Positions 1-10,066 are shown, counted from the stretch's first letter. The stretch is 64,000 nt of DNA from an uncultured virus (IMG/VR IMGVR_UViG_3300018405_000012) (IMGVR_UViG_3300018405_000012); one strand, 5' to 3'. Made by a program: numbers and translations. The notes: a model not told the origin generated them from the sequence alone.

Positions 1-768
1 CCCAGTCTCAGCTGACGTGCTCTCAGGGAGGTCTATGGTGTCTTTAAACAGGACGGCCTTAATGTTACCATTGGCATCCAGAATATAGACGTCACGGAAG
101 CGGGTGTAGTAATCACCTGCCACCTCCCCTTCATACGCCATGGACCAACGTACAAATGTCTGACCGGCACAGGCACTCAGATCAAATTCACGGCGATACC
201 ACTGGTTAACTGCACGGGTACCCAGATCCGTCGCCGGGTGCGCATCCAGATTGTTCTGATCCTTGATTACCTTGTTTGGATGCCCCCAATCCCTTAGCGA
301 ATACTGGCCCGGCGAAACACCCGGATCGTTGGCAGTGATGCCGTCGATACCTACACGGGCATTGGCGCTGTTCTGCAACATGTCGTACACCAACTTATCA
401 CCGATCGCAATGGTGACATTCTTGTTGGTGAAGGCGTTGTAGTAATAGAGGTTGACACCCGCACCGGCACCTGTGCACGTTGCCCGGAACTCCATGGAGA
501 TCGAGGCATTGATACCTGCAACAGGGGCAGTGTTATTGTAGAACTTGGGGAATCCGCCGTCGTACACCACGTTCCCGCGACCATCCTGGGTGACAGCGAT
601 GAACGGGTTGGGTGGGTTCAATTGGTCGTAAGCGACGTACTTGGAGATTGACGGCGGAGCCCCGTTTACACTGAACTGCAGGCTCTGGACGTCACCACTC
701 AGGATCATCTTGGCCGTGAACGGCGAAAGATAATATCCTTCGGCAACGTCAAATGAAATGTTTGACAT
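1..768 (-). CDS. Tail fibre / virion structural protein, 5' part (runs off the window edge)
   Basis: Own translation: ATG at 768, open to position 1 (MSNISFDVAEGYYLSPFTAKM...QDGRGNVVYDGGFPKFYNN...). Absent from the ORF track because it is truncated. Lies downstream of tail-fibre-like genes. Confidence 0.6.
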   Translation of the reverse strand, partial: MSNISFDVAEGYYLSPFTAKMILSGDVQSLQFSVNGAPPSISKYVAYDQLNPPNPFIAVTQDGRGNVVYDGGFPKFYNNTAPVAGINASISMEFRATCTGAGAGVNLYYYNAFTNKNVTIAIGDKLVYDMLQNSANARVGIDGITANDPGVSPGQYSLRDWGHPNKVIKDQNNLDAHPATDLGTRAVNQWYRREFDLSACAGQTFVRWSMAYEGEVAGDYYTRFRDVYILDANGNIKAVLFKDTIDLPESTSAETG

Positions 769-776
769 AGATCACC

Positions 777-1259
777 TTAGAGCGGGTGTACCAGCACCTT
801 GACATACAGGTCGACTGGAGCGGTGTGTTGGTTGGCAATGATCACCGTGCGCTCATCTTTGATGCCGTATGACACCAGCGCTTCAGCGTTAGCGTAGGCG
901 TTGTACAGCGGCGATGAGCCATTGGTGTCCTTGATCCGAACACAGATCTCAGCGGTCTTCTTGTCGAATGCCGCATGGTCGGTTCCAAGCAGGGTTTGCA
1001 GGTCATAGCTCTTGACCCCGCCTGCCGCCACCGTGATGTACTCGTTGACGGCCATGGCCGTCTGGGCTTTGACAGGCACCAGCTCGATCTTGCTGATCCG
1101 GCCTTGGGCATCCACGGTGATTCGCGGAATGCCGGTGGCTGTACCGTAGACCCCGGCAGTCACCCCGGAGTTGGGGAGAACCGAATAGTCCTTGACGTTA
1201 CCCAGGTGCAGGATGAGGTTACCGGCAACAGTACTCCCACCCCTCAGTTTATCTGCCAT
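777..1259 (-). CDS. Tail fibre-associated protein
   Basis: Contains SGVTAGVYGTATGIPRITVDAQGRIS, a typical tail-fibre shaft repeat; AGGTG SD upstream. Confidence 0.6.
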   Translation of the reverse strand: MADKLRGGSTVAGNLILHLGNVKDYSVLPNSGVTAGVYGTATGIPRITVDAQGRISKIELVPVKAQTAMAVNEYITVAAGGVKSYDLQTLLGTDHAAFDKKTAEICVRIKDTNGSSPLYNAYANAEALVSYGIKDERTVIIANQHTAPVDLYVKVLVHPL

Positions 1260-1291
1260 GTGACACCTCAGAAAGTTTAAACACCGGGCGG

Positions 1292-3793
1292 TCAGAGGAC
1301 CGCGCCGGTTACGATGTTAGATTGAATGAATGTATTGTCTGACTGCAAGCTCAACTTGACCTGGCGGAGACGCTCCAATTCGGAGACAGTCAAGGCACGT
1401 TTGGCAATGAGCAGGTTTTTGAACTGGGTGTAGCAACCCCCATTACCATCCCAGGCTCCGAGGTTGAAATCATACCCGTGTTGACAGACGTAGAAGTCGG
1501 GCCGTGTCGGGTTAACAATGTTGGTCCGTACTCGGCTGCTGCCATCTGCCAACCAGACTTCAATCCGGATGGCCGTGCCCTGCTTGACAATACTCACCCA
1601 TTGCCACTGGTCGAAGTATACCGCCGGATCGATCGCTCCGTTCTGGAACTGAAACAACTCGTTCAGATTGTCTTGCTTGCCGATGTAAACATAACCCGTG
1701 CCGACCGTGTTTTCGTTCGAACCCAGAGACTCGATACTGTACCCGGTCAAGTCTGTCTCACCTCGGTGGGTACCAATCGGCTTTTTCATGTAGCAGATCG
1801 ACCAGTCTTTCGTCCAATCCAACTTAAGATCCCGGTAGAGGTTGAACTCCAAAGTCTTTCCACCACCCACGTATGCCACCCCTTGACTGTAACTGGCACT
1901 GTCTTCAACGGGCAGTAAGGCTTGGTCTGCAGACCGTGCACCACCACCGAGGTCGAAGAAGATAGCATCCACGGGTAGGTCATTATGGGTAGTCAGTTGG
2001 CGCCCGATGAGACCAGTTGCAACAATATCGGACCTACGTCTGATCAAGGCGGCTACTTCATCAGGCACCAGGACGCGGTCGTAAAGGTTTACGTCTCGGT
2101 GAACCCCATTCCACACTGTCCCGCCCGGTAACCCGAACGTCAGTCGATTGATGCACTGATCGCCAATCGCGAACGAGTGCTGAGGTTTCCATTGCCCGTT
2201 CTGGTAGATGCGCACGGTGATTCGCCCAGCAGTGATGGTGACCATGTACACCAACTCGTCCCGAGTCAGGGTATAGGCTGCATGGACGTGGTTGGCGTCG
2301 TGGCCGTTAGGGATAAGTGCATACGCTCCATCCGGGTCAACGAACGGACTGGAACCACCTGTGACACCTTGATAATACCGGTAATAGGCATTACCACCCG
2401 CTGTGGTGTCGTGGATACCCAATAGCGCCGCTTGATTCGGGGTCTCAGTGTAGCTTGGGAGACTTGTTGGCGAATTGGTAAATCCCGAGAACGGTTTGAA
2501 CGTGCCGACAATGGTGCCTTCGCGCAGGGGGTTGAAATCAATGGCGAAAGAGGAACCAGCATCAGCCCCTTCGGCAAAACACGCCGGTGCATGGGCTCGA
2601 TCAAGTCTCATGTCGGTGAACGCCACAAACCCGGTCGAAAAACCATTAAAGGCATATCCCAGAATACGCAGTTCGGCAGTGGTGGCCACGAAGGTTGCTG
2701 TCAAGTACTGCCAAGTCCCTCGCCGGGTCAGGTCATACTTGGCTTCTGATATCTGCTGTATGCTACCATCCCCCAATAGGTCTTCACACCGCAGGTGTAC
2801 CACTCCGGCATTGGCATCGGTGGAAACGAATGCCTTACAGGACATGGTGTAGGTTGCCCCTACTGTGGCGGGGATGTCCCGACCGTTGTAGTTATTTGGT
2901 GTGCCAGTTGCCTGCCCTCGGACCACATTTTGCCCATCCGGACCAAAGAAATCATCAGGTACCGTCCACGTACCACCTTTGACCGGATGCACCAACTTCG
3001 ATTTGAAGCGCCCATCCTGATACAGGTTAGTAGACGGGCCATTGGAAGCAAAGCCGTCGGTGTATTTGGCTACATCGGTCGACACAACCCGTCCCTTGCT
3101 GCGACGCAGTGCTTCGGTGATCCACCGCCTGCGGAACGAATCGCTGGCGGCAGCTTCCTGGTCAAAGATGAAGACAGCCCCTGAAATCGGCGAGGTGTAG
3201 CTATAACCAGAGATGTAATTAGTCCCAGCTCGGTAGTACTCGGGTATCGCACCGTTACGCAGCTTGGTGATGGTGATGATATTGTCACTGTTGCCGTAAG
3301 GGTATTGATCGACACCTTCGTACAGCAGGCCGAATTTTGACATGACGATGTCGTGGTTGCTGCCGGGTACTGTCGTTGTGGATTCGACAAAGACGTTAGT
3401 CAGGGTGTCGTTACCCATGGCGATGCAGGAAACGCCGGCATCTGTAAATTCCTTGAGCTTTTCGATGACAGCCGAAGAAGCCACCCAGACGTTACAGTCG
3501 AAGATCACGATGTCGTACTGCAGGGCCGTGGCCACACTGACGGTGGTGAGGTCAGCCACGTAGGTCATGGACGCTTCATTCTTGAAGATGTCATACAGGG
3601 GAGCTCTAACGTCTGCCCGATCAATGTACGACCCGAGTGCTTTACAGCCGGAAAGTGAGAACTCAGATTTGTTCAGGCTGCCGTCAAGCGGCATAGACCA
3701 CCGTAGACCACTGAGGTCCAATGGTGATCGAGTGTTGACACCGTTCGCCAGATGGAGCTCGCCGGCATCGGTCAATCGTGCGACAGTGGGCAT
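1292..3793 (-). CDS. Putative receptor-binding/tail protein with carbohydrate-binding and LamG/concanavalin-like beta-sandwich domains
   Basis: 833 aa, beta-rich. Has a CBM-like segment (GATYTMSCKAFVS...RGTWQYLTATF) and two LamG-like C-terminal signatures (VNLYDRVLVPDEVAAL, LLIAKRALTVSELERL). Confidence 0.55.
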   Translation of the reverse strand: MPTVARLTDAGELHLANGVNTRSPLDLSGLRWSMPLDGSLNKSEFSLSGCKALGSYIDRADVRAPLYDIFKNEASMTYVADLTTVSVATALQYDIVIFDCNVWVASSAVIEKLKEFTDAGVSCIAMGNDTLTNVFVESTTTVPGSNHDIVMSKFGLLYEGVDQYPYGNSDNIITITKLRNGAIPEYYRAGTNYISGYSYTSPISGAVFIFDQEAAASDSFRRRWITEALRRSKGRVVSTDVAKYTDGFASNGPSTNLYQDGRFKSKLVHPVKGGTWTVPDDFFGPDGQNVVRGQATGTPNNYNGRDIPATVGATYTMSCKAFVSTDANAGVVHLRCEDLLGDGSIQQISEAKYDLTRRGTWQYLTATFVATTAELRILGYAFNGFSTGFVAFTDMRLDRAHAPACFAEGADAGSSFAIDFNPLREGTIVGTFKPFSGFTNSPTSLPSYTETPNQAALLGIHDTTAGGNAYYRYYQGVTGGSSPFVDPDGAYALIPNGHDANHVHAAYTLTRDELVYMVTITAGRITVRIYQNGQWKPQHSFAIGDQCINRLTFGLPGGTVWNGVHRDVNLYDRVLVPDEVAALIRRRSDIVATGLIGRQLTTHNDLPVDAIFFDLGGGARSADQALLPVEDSASYSQGVAYVGGGKTLEFNLYRDLKLDWTKDWSICYMKKPIGTHRGETDLTGYSIESLGSNENTVGTGYVYIGKQDNLNELFQFQNGAIDPAVYFDQWQWVSIVKQGTAIRIEVWLADGSSRVRTNIVNPTRPDFYVCQHGYDFNLGAWDGNGGCYTQFKNLLIAKRALTVSELERLRQVKLSLQSDNTFIQSNIVTGAVL

Positions 3794-3807
3794 GGAAATA
3801 GCTCTCG

Positions 3808-4044
3808 TTAACTGATGATGAACTCAATGGCCCGAGTGGTCTCGTTATACACGATTGAGGCCTGTTGCGAACTGCCCAGTTGAACCCCTTGGGTCGCCTT
3901 GAGCGGTGCAGTCATGGGGCGCGATCCATCCAGCAGGACGGCCTTCTCAAACTCCGCTGCATTGAGCTTGGAGTCAATGGTTCGCTTGATGGCAGCGAGC
4001 ATGGCAGAAAACTTGGTCAACATCAACGTAAGACTCGGTGGCAT
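3808..4044 (-). CDS. Small tail fibre-associated protein
   Basis: Start reassigned to MPPSL (GGAGG SD). Contains LLDGSRPMTAPL, a tail-fibre-like motif. Confidence 0.5.
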   Translation of the reverse strand: MPPSLTLMLTKFSAMLAAIKRTIDSKLNAAEFEKAVLLDGSRPMTAPLKATQGVQLGSSQQASIVYNETTRAIEFIIS

Positions 4045-4161
4045 TTTCCACCTCCATATAAAGAATGAGAATGTCAAGACGGCTTATACATAACGATATC
4101 GAACGAAAAAATAAGGCGAGTCGGACATAAGGTGATGCCCGAAGGCATCCCCTAGTCATAG

Positions 4162-4488
4162 TCAGGTAGAACACCAGCGAATCAGATCATTCCGGTTCCA
4201 GTATGGCGACCTGCCTTTGTACTTAACAGGGGTGGGGAATGCAGCCCGTCCGTGAGGATAGTTGCCGCTCCTGTACCGGTTAAGTGTTGTGGAGGAGACA
4301 GACAGTATCCGCATCGCCTCGTTCGAATTCACCAATCCTTCCCAGTCTTCTGTCAACGCAGGCAGGTCCTCACCGGTGTCCGCGAATAAGGCTGCAATAC
4401 GGTGAATACATTCATCCACTCCCTGTATACGTTCGTGGAGTTCTCGCTGTAGCTGATAAAGATGGTTGAGGGTTCGTGCCGTGGGCAT
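4162..4488 (-). CDS. AlpA/excisionase-like HTH DNA-binding protein
   Basis: LVNSNEAMRILSVSSTTLNRY...FPTPVKYKGRSPYWNRNDLIRW matches the AlpA pattern; GGAGG SD. Confidence 0.7.
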   Translation of the reverse strand: MPTARTLNHLYQLQRELHERIQGVDECIHRIAALFADTGEDLPALTEDWEGLVNSNEAMRILSVSSTTLNRYRSGNYPHGRAAFPTPVKYKGRSPYWNRNDLIRWCST

Positions 4489-4508
4489 GTTATTGCCTCC
4501 TCGAGTAG

Positions 4509-4739
4509 TTAAAATGGAGGTCTCACCCTCCGTTGAATGGACTTGACCTGATGGCGATTGATCTTGTAGTTTTTGTACAGATACTGCATTAGCTGACGGT
4601 CTGCTCTGAGTGGCATGTATCGATACATGAGACGGTGCCAGAACCCTGCATCGAGGTGGATTAACCTGTACTTGGTAGTGACTGTATATTCCGCATGTAT
4701 CGCCCGATCGGGAGGGGTGAGGGTGAACAGTGCCATCAC
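4509..4739 (-). CDS. Hypothetical protein
   Basis: ORF coupled by a GTGA overlap to the upstream gene. Confidence 0.5.
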   Translation of the reverse strand: MMALFTLTPPDRAIHAEYTVTTKYRLIHLDAGFWHRLMYRYMPLRADRQLMQYLYKNYKINRHQVKSIQRRVRPPF

Positions 4740-5041
4740 ACGAACTCTTTGCCTAGTTCGTAAAGTTCGATGTAATGGGGATTGTGACCTTCAGTACTGA
4801 TCTGGAAACCATACGCTGTCGGGACTCGGCTAACTGGATGGTGTCCAATATCGTTGATCATCATCAGGTTGTCGGAGTTTCGGATATGGTAGACATACCC
4901 TACCTTAAATCGGCTTACGTCGATCTTCAGTAACCCTTCCAGAAGCCCAACTACCAGTTTGAGTCGTTGTTTGTCGGACATCTTAAACCCTTGTAAGGGT
5001 GATTCAACTGCAGGCTTGAATTCTACTGTCATGTTCAACAC
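4736..5041 (-). CDS. Hypothetical protein
   Basis: 101-aa ORF with AGGAG nearby; in operon orientation. Confidence 0.55.
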   Translation of the reverse strand: MLNMTVEFKPAVESPLQGFKMSDKQRLKLVVGLLEGLLKIDVSRFKVGYVYHIRNSDNLMMINDIGHHPVSRVPTAYGFQISTEGHNPHYIELYELGKEFV

Positions 5042-5077
5042 TCCTGTTCTAAATAAGGCACAATTTCGGGTACATGC

Positions 5078-5188
5078 TTACCCAAACAAACAGATGATTA
5101 AAGTGAAGATCCCTGCCATTGTCATTCCTGCCAGAAACCCTTCGGCATCACGCAATGTCCGCTCCAGTTGATTGCGTGGTTCTGTCAC
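5078..5188 (-). CDS. Small putative membrane peptide (36 aa)
   Basis: GTG overlaps the thyA stop (GTGA). Translation MTEPRNQLERTLRDAEGFLAGMTMAGIFTLIICLFG has a hydrophobic C-terminus. Confidence 0.4.
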   Translation of the reverse strand: MTEPRNQLERTLRDAEGFLAGMTMAGIFTLIICLFG

Positions 5189-6483
5189 ACTGCGACAGGG
5201 TACTTGATGGCTGGATGATGCTGACCGTAACCGCAGATGATGATGTCTTCAAACCGGAAGTCATCGATCTCCTTGATGCTGGGGTCGAGCATGACACTGG
5301 TTTCTTGCTCAATCACGTGACGGGACAGTTGTTCCTCTACCAGATCCGCCTGGTTCTGGTAAATATGGCTATCGGCGGTCACGTGGACGAACTCTTCGGC
5401 GATCATTCCGGTTACCTGGGCAACCATGTGCGTCAACAACGCATACTGCGCCATATTGAACGGAATTCCCACCGGGTAGTCAGCCGAGCGCTGGTAGAGC
5501 ATGCAGCTGAGGGCGCGCTTAGGGACGTCGTTCTCGTCGAGCCATAACTCATGATCCTTCATAATCTCGCCTTCGGCCACGGCCTTGAGACGGTAACGGA
5601 AGATCTCGGTCAGCTGCGGCTCGTTCTTCTCAATCCACCGTACCCGTTCATTCAGTTCAAGCTCGCGGCTCCAGAACTGGAAGAAAGCATGGCAGGGCGG
5701 GAGTTCACAGAAGTCCACCATCCGATTATCGAAAGCGTGGATGATAATGCGGCGTGAATCGGGGTTGTTGCGCAACAGCTCGATAGCGTTCTGCAACTGG
5801 TCAATCCGGCGAGTAACCAATGTACGTCCATCATCAAGCGAACAGATCCGCTGGAACCCCTTGTCGTGGTACTGGGATTCGTCGGTAGACGGAATCAGGC
5901 GAGTGTCTTCGATGTCTCGCCACATGGCACCGTATGCACCCGGTCCAATAGAACCCCCGGTCAGTGCCCGAGGTTCCTTATCGAGCAGTGCACGATACAA
6001 GTCCTCCATCGTCTGGCCAGGCTGCCATGCAACAACCACACCGTTGTCGTGTTCGTCATTGTAAAAGCGCATCTTGGTGCCGATACCGGTTTGCTTATCA
6101 GCCGGTACGACTCCCCAGTACTTGGATTCATGACCAAGGTATTTGGAGATGTCTCGAACCATCTCATCGTCGGTCAGATCGCGATAGGTGGCAGTCGATG
6201 GGTTAACCCAACTGTCCCAGATCCCAATACCGTGATCCTTAAGGTACTCGACGTCTGTGTTACCCGAAATGAACCACAGCGTTTCATGGATGAAACTCTT
6301 GGTGAACATCTTTTTGGTGGTCAGTAATGGAATCTTGTTATCGGTCAGACTGAAACGCATCATGCGACCGAACGATGAAAGGGTACCGGTTCCGGTACGG
6401 TCACCTTTAACATGTCCGTGGTCCAAAATGTCCTCAAGGATATCGAGGTATTGTTCTTCGTCGTTCATCTGGCGAGTGGTCAC
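5185..6483 (-). CDS. thyA: Thymidylate synthase
   Basis: Motifs DRTGTGT, PLLTTKK, LPPCH (catalytic Cys), YQRSAD, PFN and HIY are present. Start placed at the GTG following AAGGAG. Carries insertions typical of jumbo-phage ThyA. Confidence 0.97.
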   Translation of the reverse strand: MTTRQMNDEEQYLDILEDILDHGHVKGDRTGTGTLSSFGRMMRFSLTDNKIPLLTTKKMFTKSFIHETLWFISGNTDVEYLKDHGIGIWDSWVNPSTATYRDLTDDEMVRDISKYLGHESKYWGVVPADKQTGIGTKMRFYNDEHDNGVVVAWQPGQTMEDLYRALLDKEPRALTGGSIGPGAYGAMWRDIEDTRLIPSTDESQYHDKGFQRICSLDDGRTLVTRRIDQLQNAIELLRNNPDSRRIIIHAFDNRMVDFCELPPCHAFFQFWSRELELNERVRWIEKNEPQLTEIFRYRLKAVAEGEIMKDHELWLDENDVPKRALSCMLYQRSADYPVGIPFNMAQYALLTHMVAQVTGMIAEEFVHVTADSHIYQNQADLVEEQLSRHVIEQETSVMLDPSIKEIDDFRFEDIIICGYGQHHPAIKYPVAV

Positions 6484-6567
6484 AGGGTAACTCCTTGGAT
6501 AGGGATAGGATCGCAACATCCATCATATAGGCTATATTTTTTCAAAAAGAACAGGTGAGACGACATA

Positions 6568-6592
6568 ACGGGAGGGGCTGACCCCCTCCCGT
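6568..6592. terminator. GC-rich hairpin (terminator-like)
   Basis: ACGGGAGGGG-ctgac-CCCCTCCCGT between genes. Confidence 0.6.
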
Positions 6593-6606
6593 ATGCTGAC
6601 AGCCAA

Positions 6607-7266
6607 TTAGGCGACGCTCTTCAACTTAAGCGTGCCGACTTCCTTAAAGGTTTCACCAAAAGTATCCGACGTGTAAAACGGGTAAGCCTCCAACATATTG
6701 GTGACAGACGTGACGCAGTGGATGGGGCGGGTAAACCGCGGGAATTCAAACCCAGACAGGTCAAAGACCTGTTGGACGGTCAGGTTCTTATAGTGAACCG
6801 GTGCCGGTACAGTGGGCATGGTCCGCAGGGCCAGTTCGATCACATCGTCGTTCTCCTGTCCAAACTTCAGCGTATCCAGCCAGAACATCTCCCGGCTACT
6901 GAGATTGGCGACGGCACGATGGCGTTTCAAGGCTGAAGCAATGTCCTGCGGCGAAATCAGGGAAATGAACATCAACGAATGGCAATCGGGGTAGCCTCCT
7001 TTAGCCCGAGCGGCTTCGACCTCACCAATCGAGCGCAGTAGGGTATTCCAGACGCCGGAAGGACGAATGCGGAACATTCGGGCGTTGCGTTGCTTGAAGA
7101 GGTTCTTACAGGTCTCGGCCGGCCGACGGGTGTTGTCACTGATGACGATGAACTCTTCAACAATGCTATACGCCTGTACGGTTTCCATTGCTTGTTCGAA
7201 CGAATCGACAAAGATAATGGGTTGACTGAGCAGAGTGCGTGGTATAGCAGTGGTTTTAGTTGTCAT
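6607..7266 (-). CDS. Hypothetical protein
   Basis: 219-aa ORF with SD; no motif recognised. Confidence 0.6.
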   Translation of the reverse strand: MTTKTTAIPRTLLSQPIIFVDSFEQAMETVQAYSIVEEFIVISDNTRRPAETCKNLFKQRNARMFRIRPSGVWNTLLRSIGEVEAARAKGGYPDCHSLMFISLISPQDIASALKRHRAVANLSSREMFWLDTLKFGQENDDVIELALRTMPTVPAPVHYKNLTVQQVFDLSGFEFPRFTRPIHCVTSVTNMLEAYPFYTSDTFGETFKEVGTLKLKSVA

Positions 7267-7305
7267 GAACTACCCCTTCGTTGATGGTAAGTGTTGGTGT
7301 CCCAG

Positions 7306-7626
7306 TCATTCTTCGACTGGTTCTTCTAATTCTTCTATATCGTCCAGCGCGCAGGTCGAACCGAAACGCATCATGATGTCGATTGCTTCGAGTTCGGTAA
7401 AGTCACTCGGTGATACGTCCCGGATATCCAGCCGCGACAATGTCCTAACCAAGGCCAGGTCTACATCGGCCTGGAGGGTTGGGACATAACGCAGCTGGAT
7501 GCTCTTAAGGATGCGCCACAGGGGTTTGACACCCTGCAGGGCAGAGAAGGACTTCACTCGCTCAAGGTCTTGAGTGAACGTCTCAAGATGACGGAAGGTG
7601 ATGCCCCATACTTTAGCAACGTCCAT
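7306..7626 (-). CDS. Hypothetical protein
   Basis: 106-aa ORF in operon orientation. Confidence 0.55.
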   Translation of the reverse strand: MDVAKVWGITFRHLETFTQDLERVKSFSALQGVKPLWRILKSIQLRYVPTLQADVDLALVRTLSRLDIRDVSPSDFTELEAIDIMMRFGSTCALDDIEELEEPVEE

Positions 7627-7640
7627 TATTCTTTCCTGGT

Positions 7641-8123
7641 TCAGCCACGATGACCCGCCAGGCGAAGCTCAAATTGGCGTGGCTGTGCCTGAATCTCATC
7701 GATCATCAGCGATTCAGCTGGTTTAGGGTCAGTTGACCGTCGACGATAAGGGGCACCTGGCGGATAGATAACCGGAGGCACCTCGATGATGTTGATGTGA
7801 CCATCATCGGTCAGGACACCGCCGGTATCGGCGCCAAGTACCGCCCTTATCGCTTCATAAGGAATGGTCAGGGTGTGGATCAGGTGAGCAAACCTGATGG
7901 AGATCGTCAGATCCTGATCCCCAAAGTCCATCTGTGTAGTGTAGCCTGGAGCCACACAGACGATGAACTCAGATGATCCGTTGGGATTTTGAGCTTCGAG
8001 GACGCCGTCTTTGAGGATCGTATTGTCGAGCAGCAGGCAGACCTTGACCGCCCGGTCATTGAAATACTCAATGGCGGCATGGACTAGGTACCGTGCCCAC
8101 AATGGGTGTTTGGTTGGTAACAT
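7641..8123 (-). CDS. SspB-like (ClpXP adaptor) protein
   Basis: YLVHAAIEYFND..., VCVAPGYTTQMDFGDQDLTISIRF, IPYEAIRAVLGADTG align by eye with the SspB core; disordered tail ends ELRLAGHRG. Confidence 0.65.
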   Translation of the reverse strand: MLPTKHPLWARYLVHAAIEYFNDRAVKVCLLLDNTILKDGVLEAQNPNGSSEFIVCVAPGYTTQMDFGDQDLTISIRFAHLIHTLTIPYEAIRAVLGADTGGVLTDDGHINIIEVPPVIYPPGAPYRRRSTDPKPAESLMIDEIQAQPRQFELRLAGHRG

Positions 8124-8151
8124 AGTGATTTACCTCGCAAGGAGAAGCTTA

Positions 8152-8958
8152 CTAACCACGCATAAGATCAGTAGATTCAATGGACACGGACAGTGTCGAA
8201 TCACCCTCATCCAGTTGGAAGTCTATCAGGCGCGCTTCTGGTTGCTGTGCCGAAAAAAGCTCAGCTGCTAGGGCGATGAAGTCAATCACGGTACCTGGCA
8301 GTGCCGGTAACGCCAAGGACTGGTTGGGAGTCAGGGTCCTGTAAGGTTTCTCATTGATCGTCACCACCAAGTCATGCTCCCGCTCATCGGCGGTGGCGTA
8401 CAGCACCATGAGGGAGTCCAGGTCGGCTGTGTTCAGGAGCCCGCTTAGGACACTTTCGACAACGATGTCCAGCAACACGCCATTGCTACCGAAGGCACCC
8501 CATTCAACATCCTTGAGACAGATCGACTCAAGACCTTGGCCCACTGACACAGGGCTGCACAGGTTCCACTCATGTAAGCGGGTAAGGAGTTTATGGCCCC
8601 GGATATTAAAGACAACCAACATATCGGTAACCGCTAGGTCGGTGTTAAGTTTAAAATCCAGTTCGCCGGTGACCTTTCCATCGGGCGTGTCGATGGCAAA
8701 GGGAAGGTGAAACGACCAACCGTCACCCCGACGATCAACACATGGCAATTCAATTCCTGCTTCGTGCAGGACGTTGATGGCATGAACGGCAGAGATCCAT
8801 GACTCGGGTAAATGTCGGCGCATGCACTGATCTTTCAATGCTTCAATCAGGACGCCAGGAGACATCAAGACTTCCCGGAGAAATTGGTGCATGATCAAGG
8901 TGTCGGTGTTCTTCATTTTAATTCGCCTCGTGTGCAAGCACAGCAATGGAGAGTTCAT
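8152..8958 (-). CDS. Hypothetical protein
   Basis: 268-aa ORF; the start may be the internal MKNTDTL. Confidence 0.6.
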   Translation of the reverse strand: MNSPLLCLHTRRIKMKNTDTLIMHQFLREVLMSPGVLIEALKDQCMRRHLPESWISAVHAINVLHEAGIELPCVDRRGDGWSFHLPFAIDTPDGKVTGELDFKLNTDLAVTDMLVVFNIRGHKLLTRLHEWNLCSPVSVGQGLESICLKDVEWGAFGSNGVLLDIVVESVLSGLLNTADLDSLMVLYATADEREHDLVVTINEKPYRTLTPNQSLALPALPGTVIDFIALAAELFSAQQPEARLIDFQLDEGDSTLSVSIESTDLMRG

Positions 8959-9496
8959 TCAATCCTTTAGGGTCATCGCGAAGCTCAATGGCTGGCGCAT
9001 GACCAATGACTTCACCTAACGTCTCGAGCCACTGGTCGATGACGTGATAGTCATCACTCTCAAGAACCAACGGCCAGATAAACTCACCGTTAATGATCTT
9101 AGGGTACGTGAACGATCCTGTAGACAACGTAATGTCGAACTTACTCTGCACAGTCTTTATCATCGCCGCCAGCTTACCCACCACCGTTACTGCCAGCGAC
9201 ATGGTGGGGTTCTCCGCGCTTTCGCACAGGAAGTCCTCGTGACGGATGGGGAGACTGACATACAGGGTGGGTGGGGCATCTTTGGCTTTGAAGATGCTGT
9301 AGAATTTACGCCCCTCGATGGTGCGGATGGGAACGATGTGCACTGCGACTGGACGGAACCCTTCAGGACACTCGGTGTCAACATCCAAGTCTTCGAATTC
9401 CACCGCATCCACTTTATAGCTGCCGTTCTCGTTACGCTGGAATTGAGCTGCTGTAAGGTGAGTATCAATTTCATTGGACTTACGGATAAACAACAT
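8918..9496 (-). CDS. Hypothetical protein
   Basis: Start reassigned to MLFIRK, downstream of AAGGAG. Confidence 0.6.
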   Translation of the reverse strand: MLFIRKSNEIDTHLTAAQFQRNENGSYKVDAVEFEDLDVDTECPEGFRPVAVHIVPIRTIEGRKFYSIFKAKDAPPTLYVSLPIRHEDFLCESAENPTMSLAVTVVGKLAAMIKTVQSKFDITLSTGSFTYPKIINGEFIWPLVLESDDYHVIDQWLETLGEVIGHAPAIELRDDPKGLNELSIAVLAHEAN

Positions 9497-9598
9497 GGCA
9501 CTCACGGTAGAACTCCTTTTTATTAACGATGGGAAAAGAGCCGCCAGTTCTCTCATATTTTGTTTCCAGAAGAAGTATGTATGGACGGTTCTCCGAAG

Positions 9599-10066
9599 TT
9601 AATGCTTGGTGGTTTTGAGATAGCTGCCGTACAGTTCTTGAAGGTCTTCCCATTCGGTGTTGACAAAAATCAAGGTAACCCGTTCTTTACCAATGATGAA
9701 GAACTGGCAGACCTCATGTTCGTCACGGATAAATTTCGGGTCGGGACCGATAATCTCCTTGAATGAGTCGAGTTCAAACATCTTCGATGATTCAAACCCC
9801 AGCGCATCGAACGCCGGAGCGAGATCATCGAAGGTACAAGAACGATAATTCTCGAGGGACTGGTTATTCCAGTTTTCAACGTCTTCCCTGCTACGGATAA
9901 TTGACACGTCGATAAAGCCTTGCTCCACCGGCAAACTGGAGTTGACAAATTGCAACGAAAACTGTTCGGTAATCAGCAAACGCTGGATACCGTGTTTAAG
10001 AATCTCGTCGAAGTCATCGCTCGTAAAACACGAACTACCTAGCAAGTTCAGTTTGTCGTGAGGCAT
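9599..10066 (-). CDS. Hypothetical protein
   Basis: Start reassigned to MPHDKL after TAAGGAG. Confidence 0.6.
   Translation of the reverse strand: MPHDKLNLLGSSCFTSDDFDEILKHGIQRLLITEQFSLQFVNSSLPVEQGFIDVSIIRSREDVENWNNQSLENYRSCTFDDLAPAFDALGFESSKMFELDSFKEIIGPDPKFIRDEHEVCQFFIIGKERVTLIFVNTEWEDLQELYGSYLKTTKH

Noticed and set aside
5700..6210. Long insertions in thyA as a possible intein or base-modifying paralog
   Set aside because: No intein blocks (no HN/C-S-T junction), and the PFN Asn and catalytic motifs indicate ordinary dUMP specificity.
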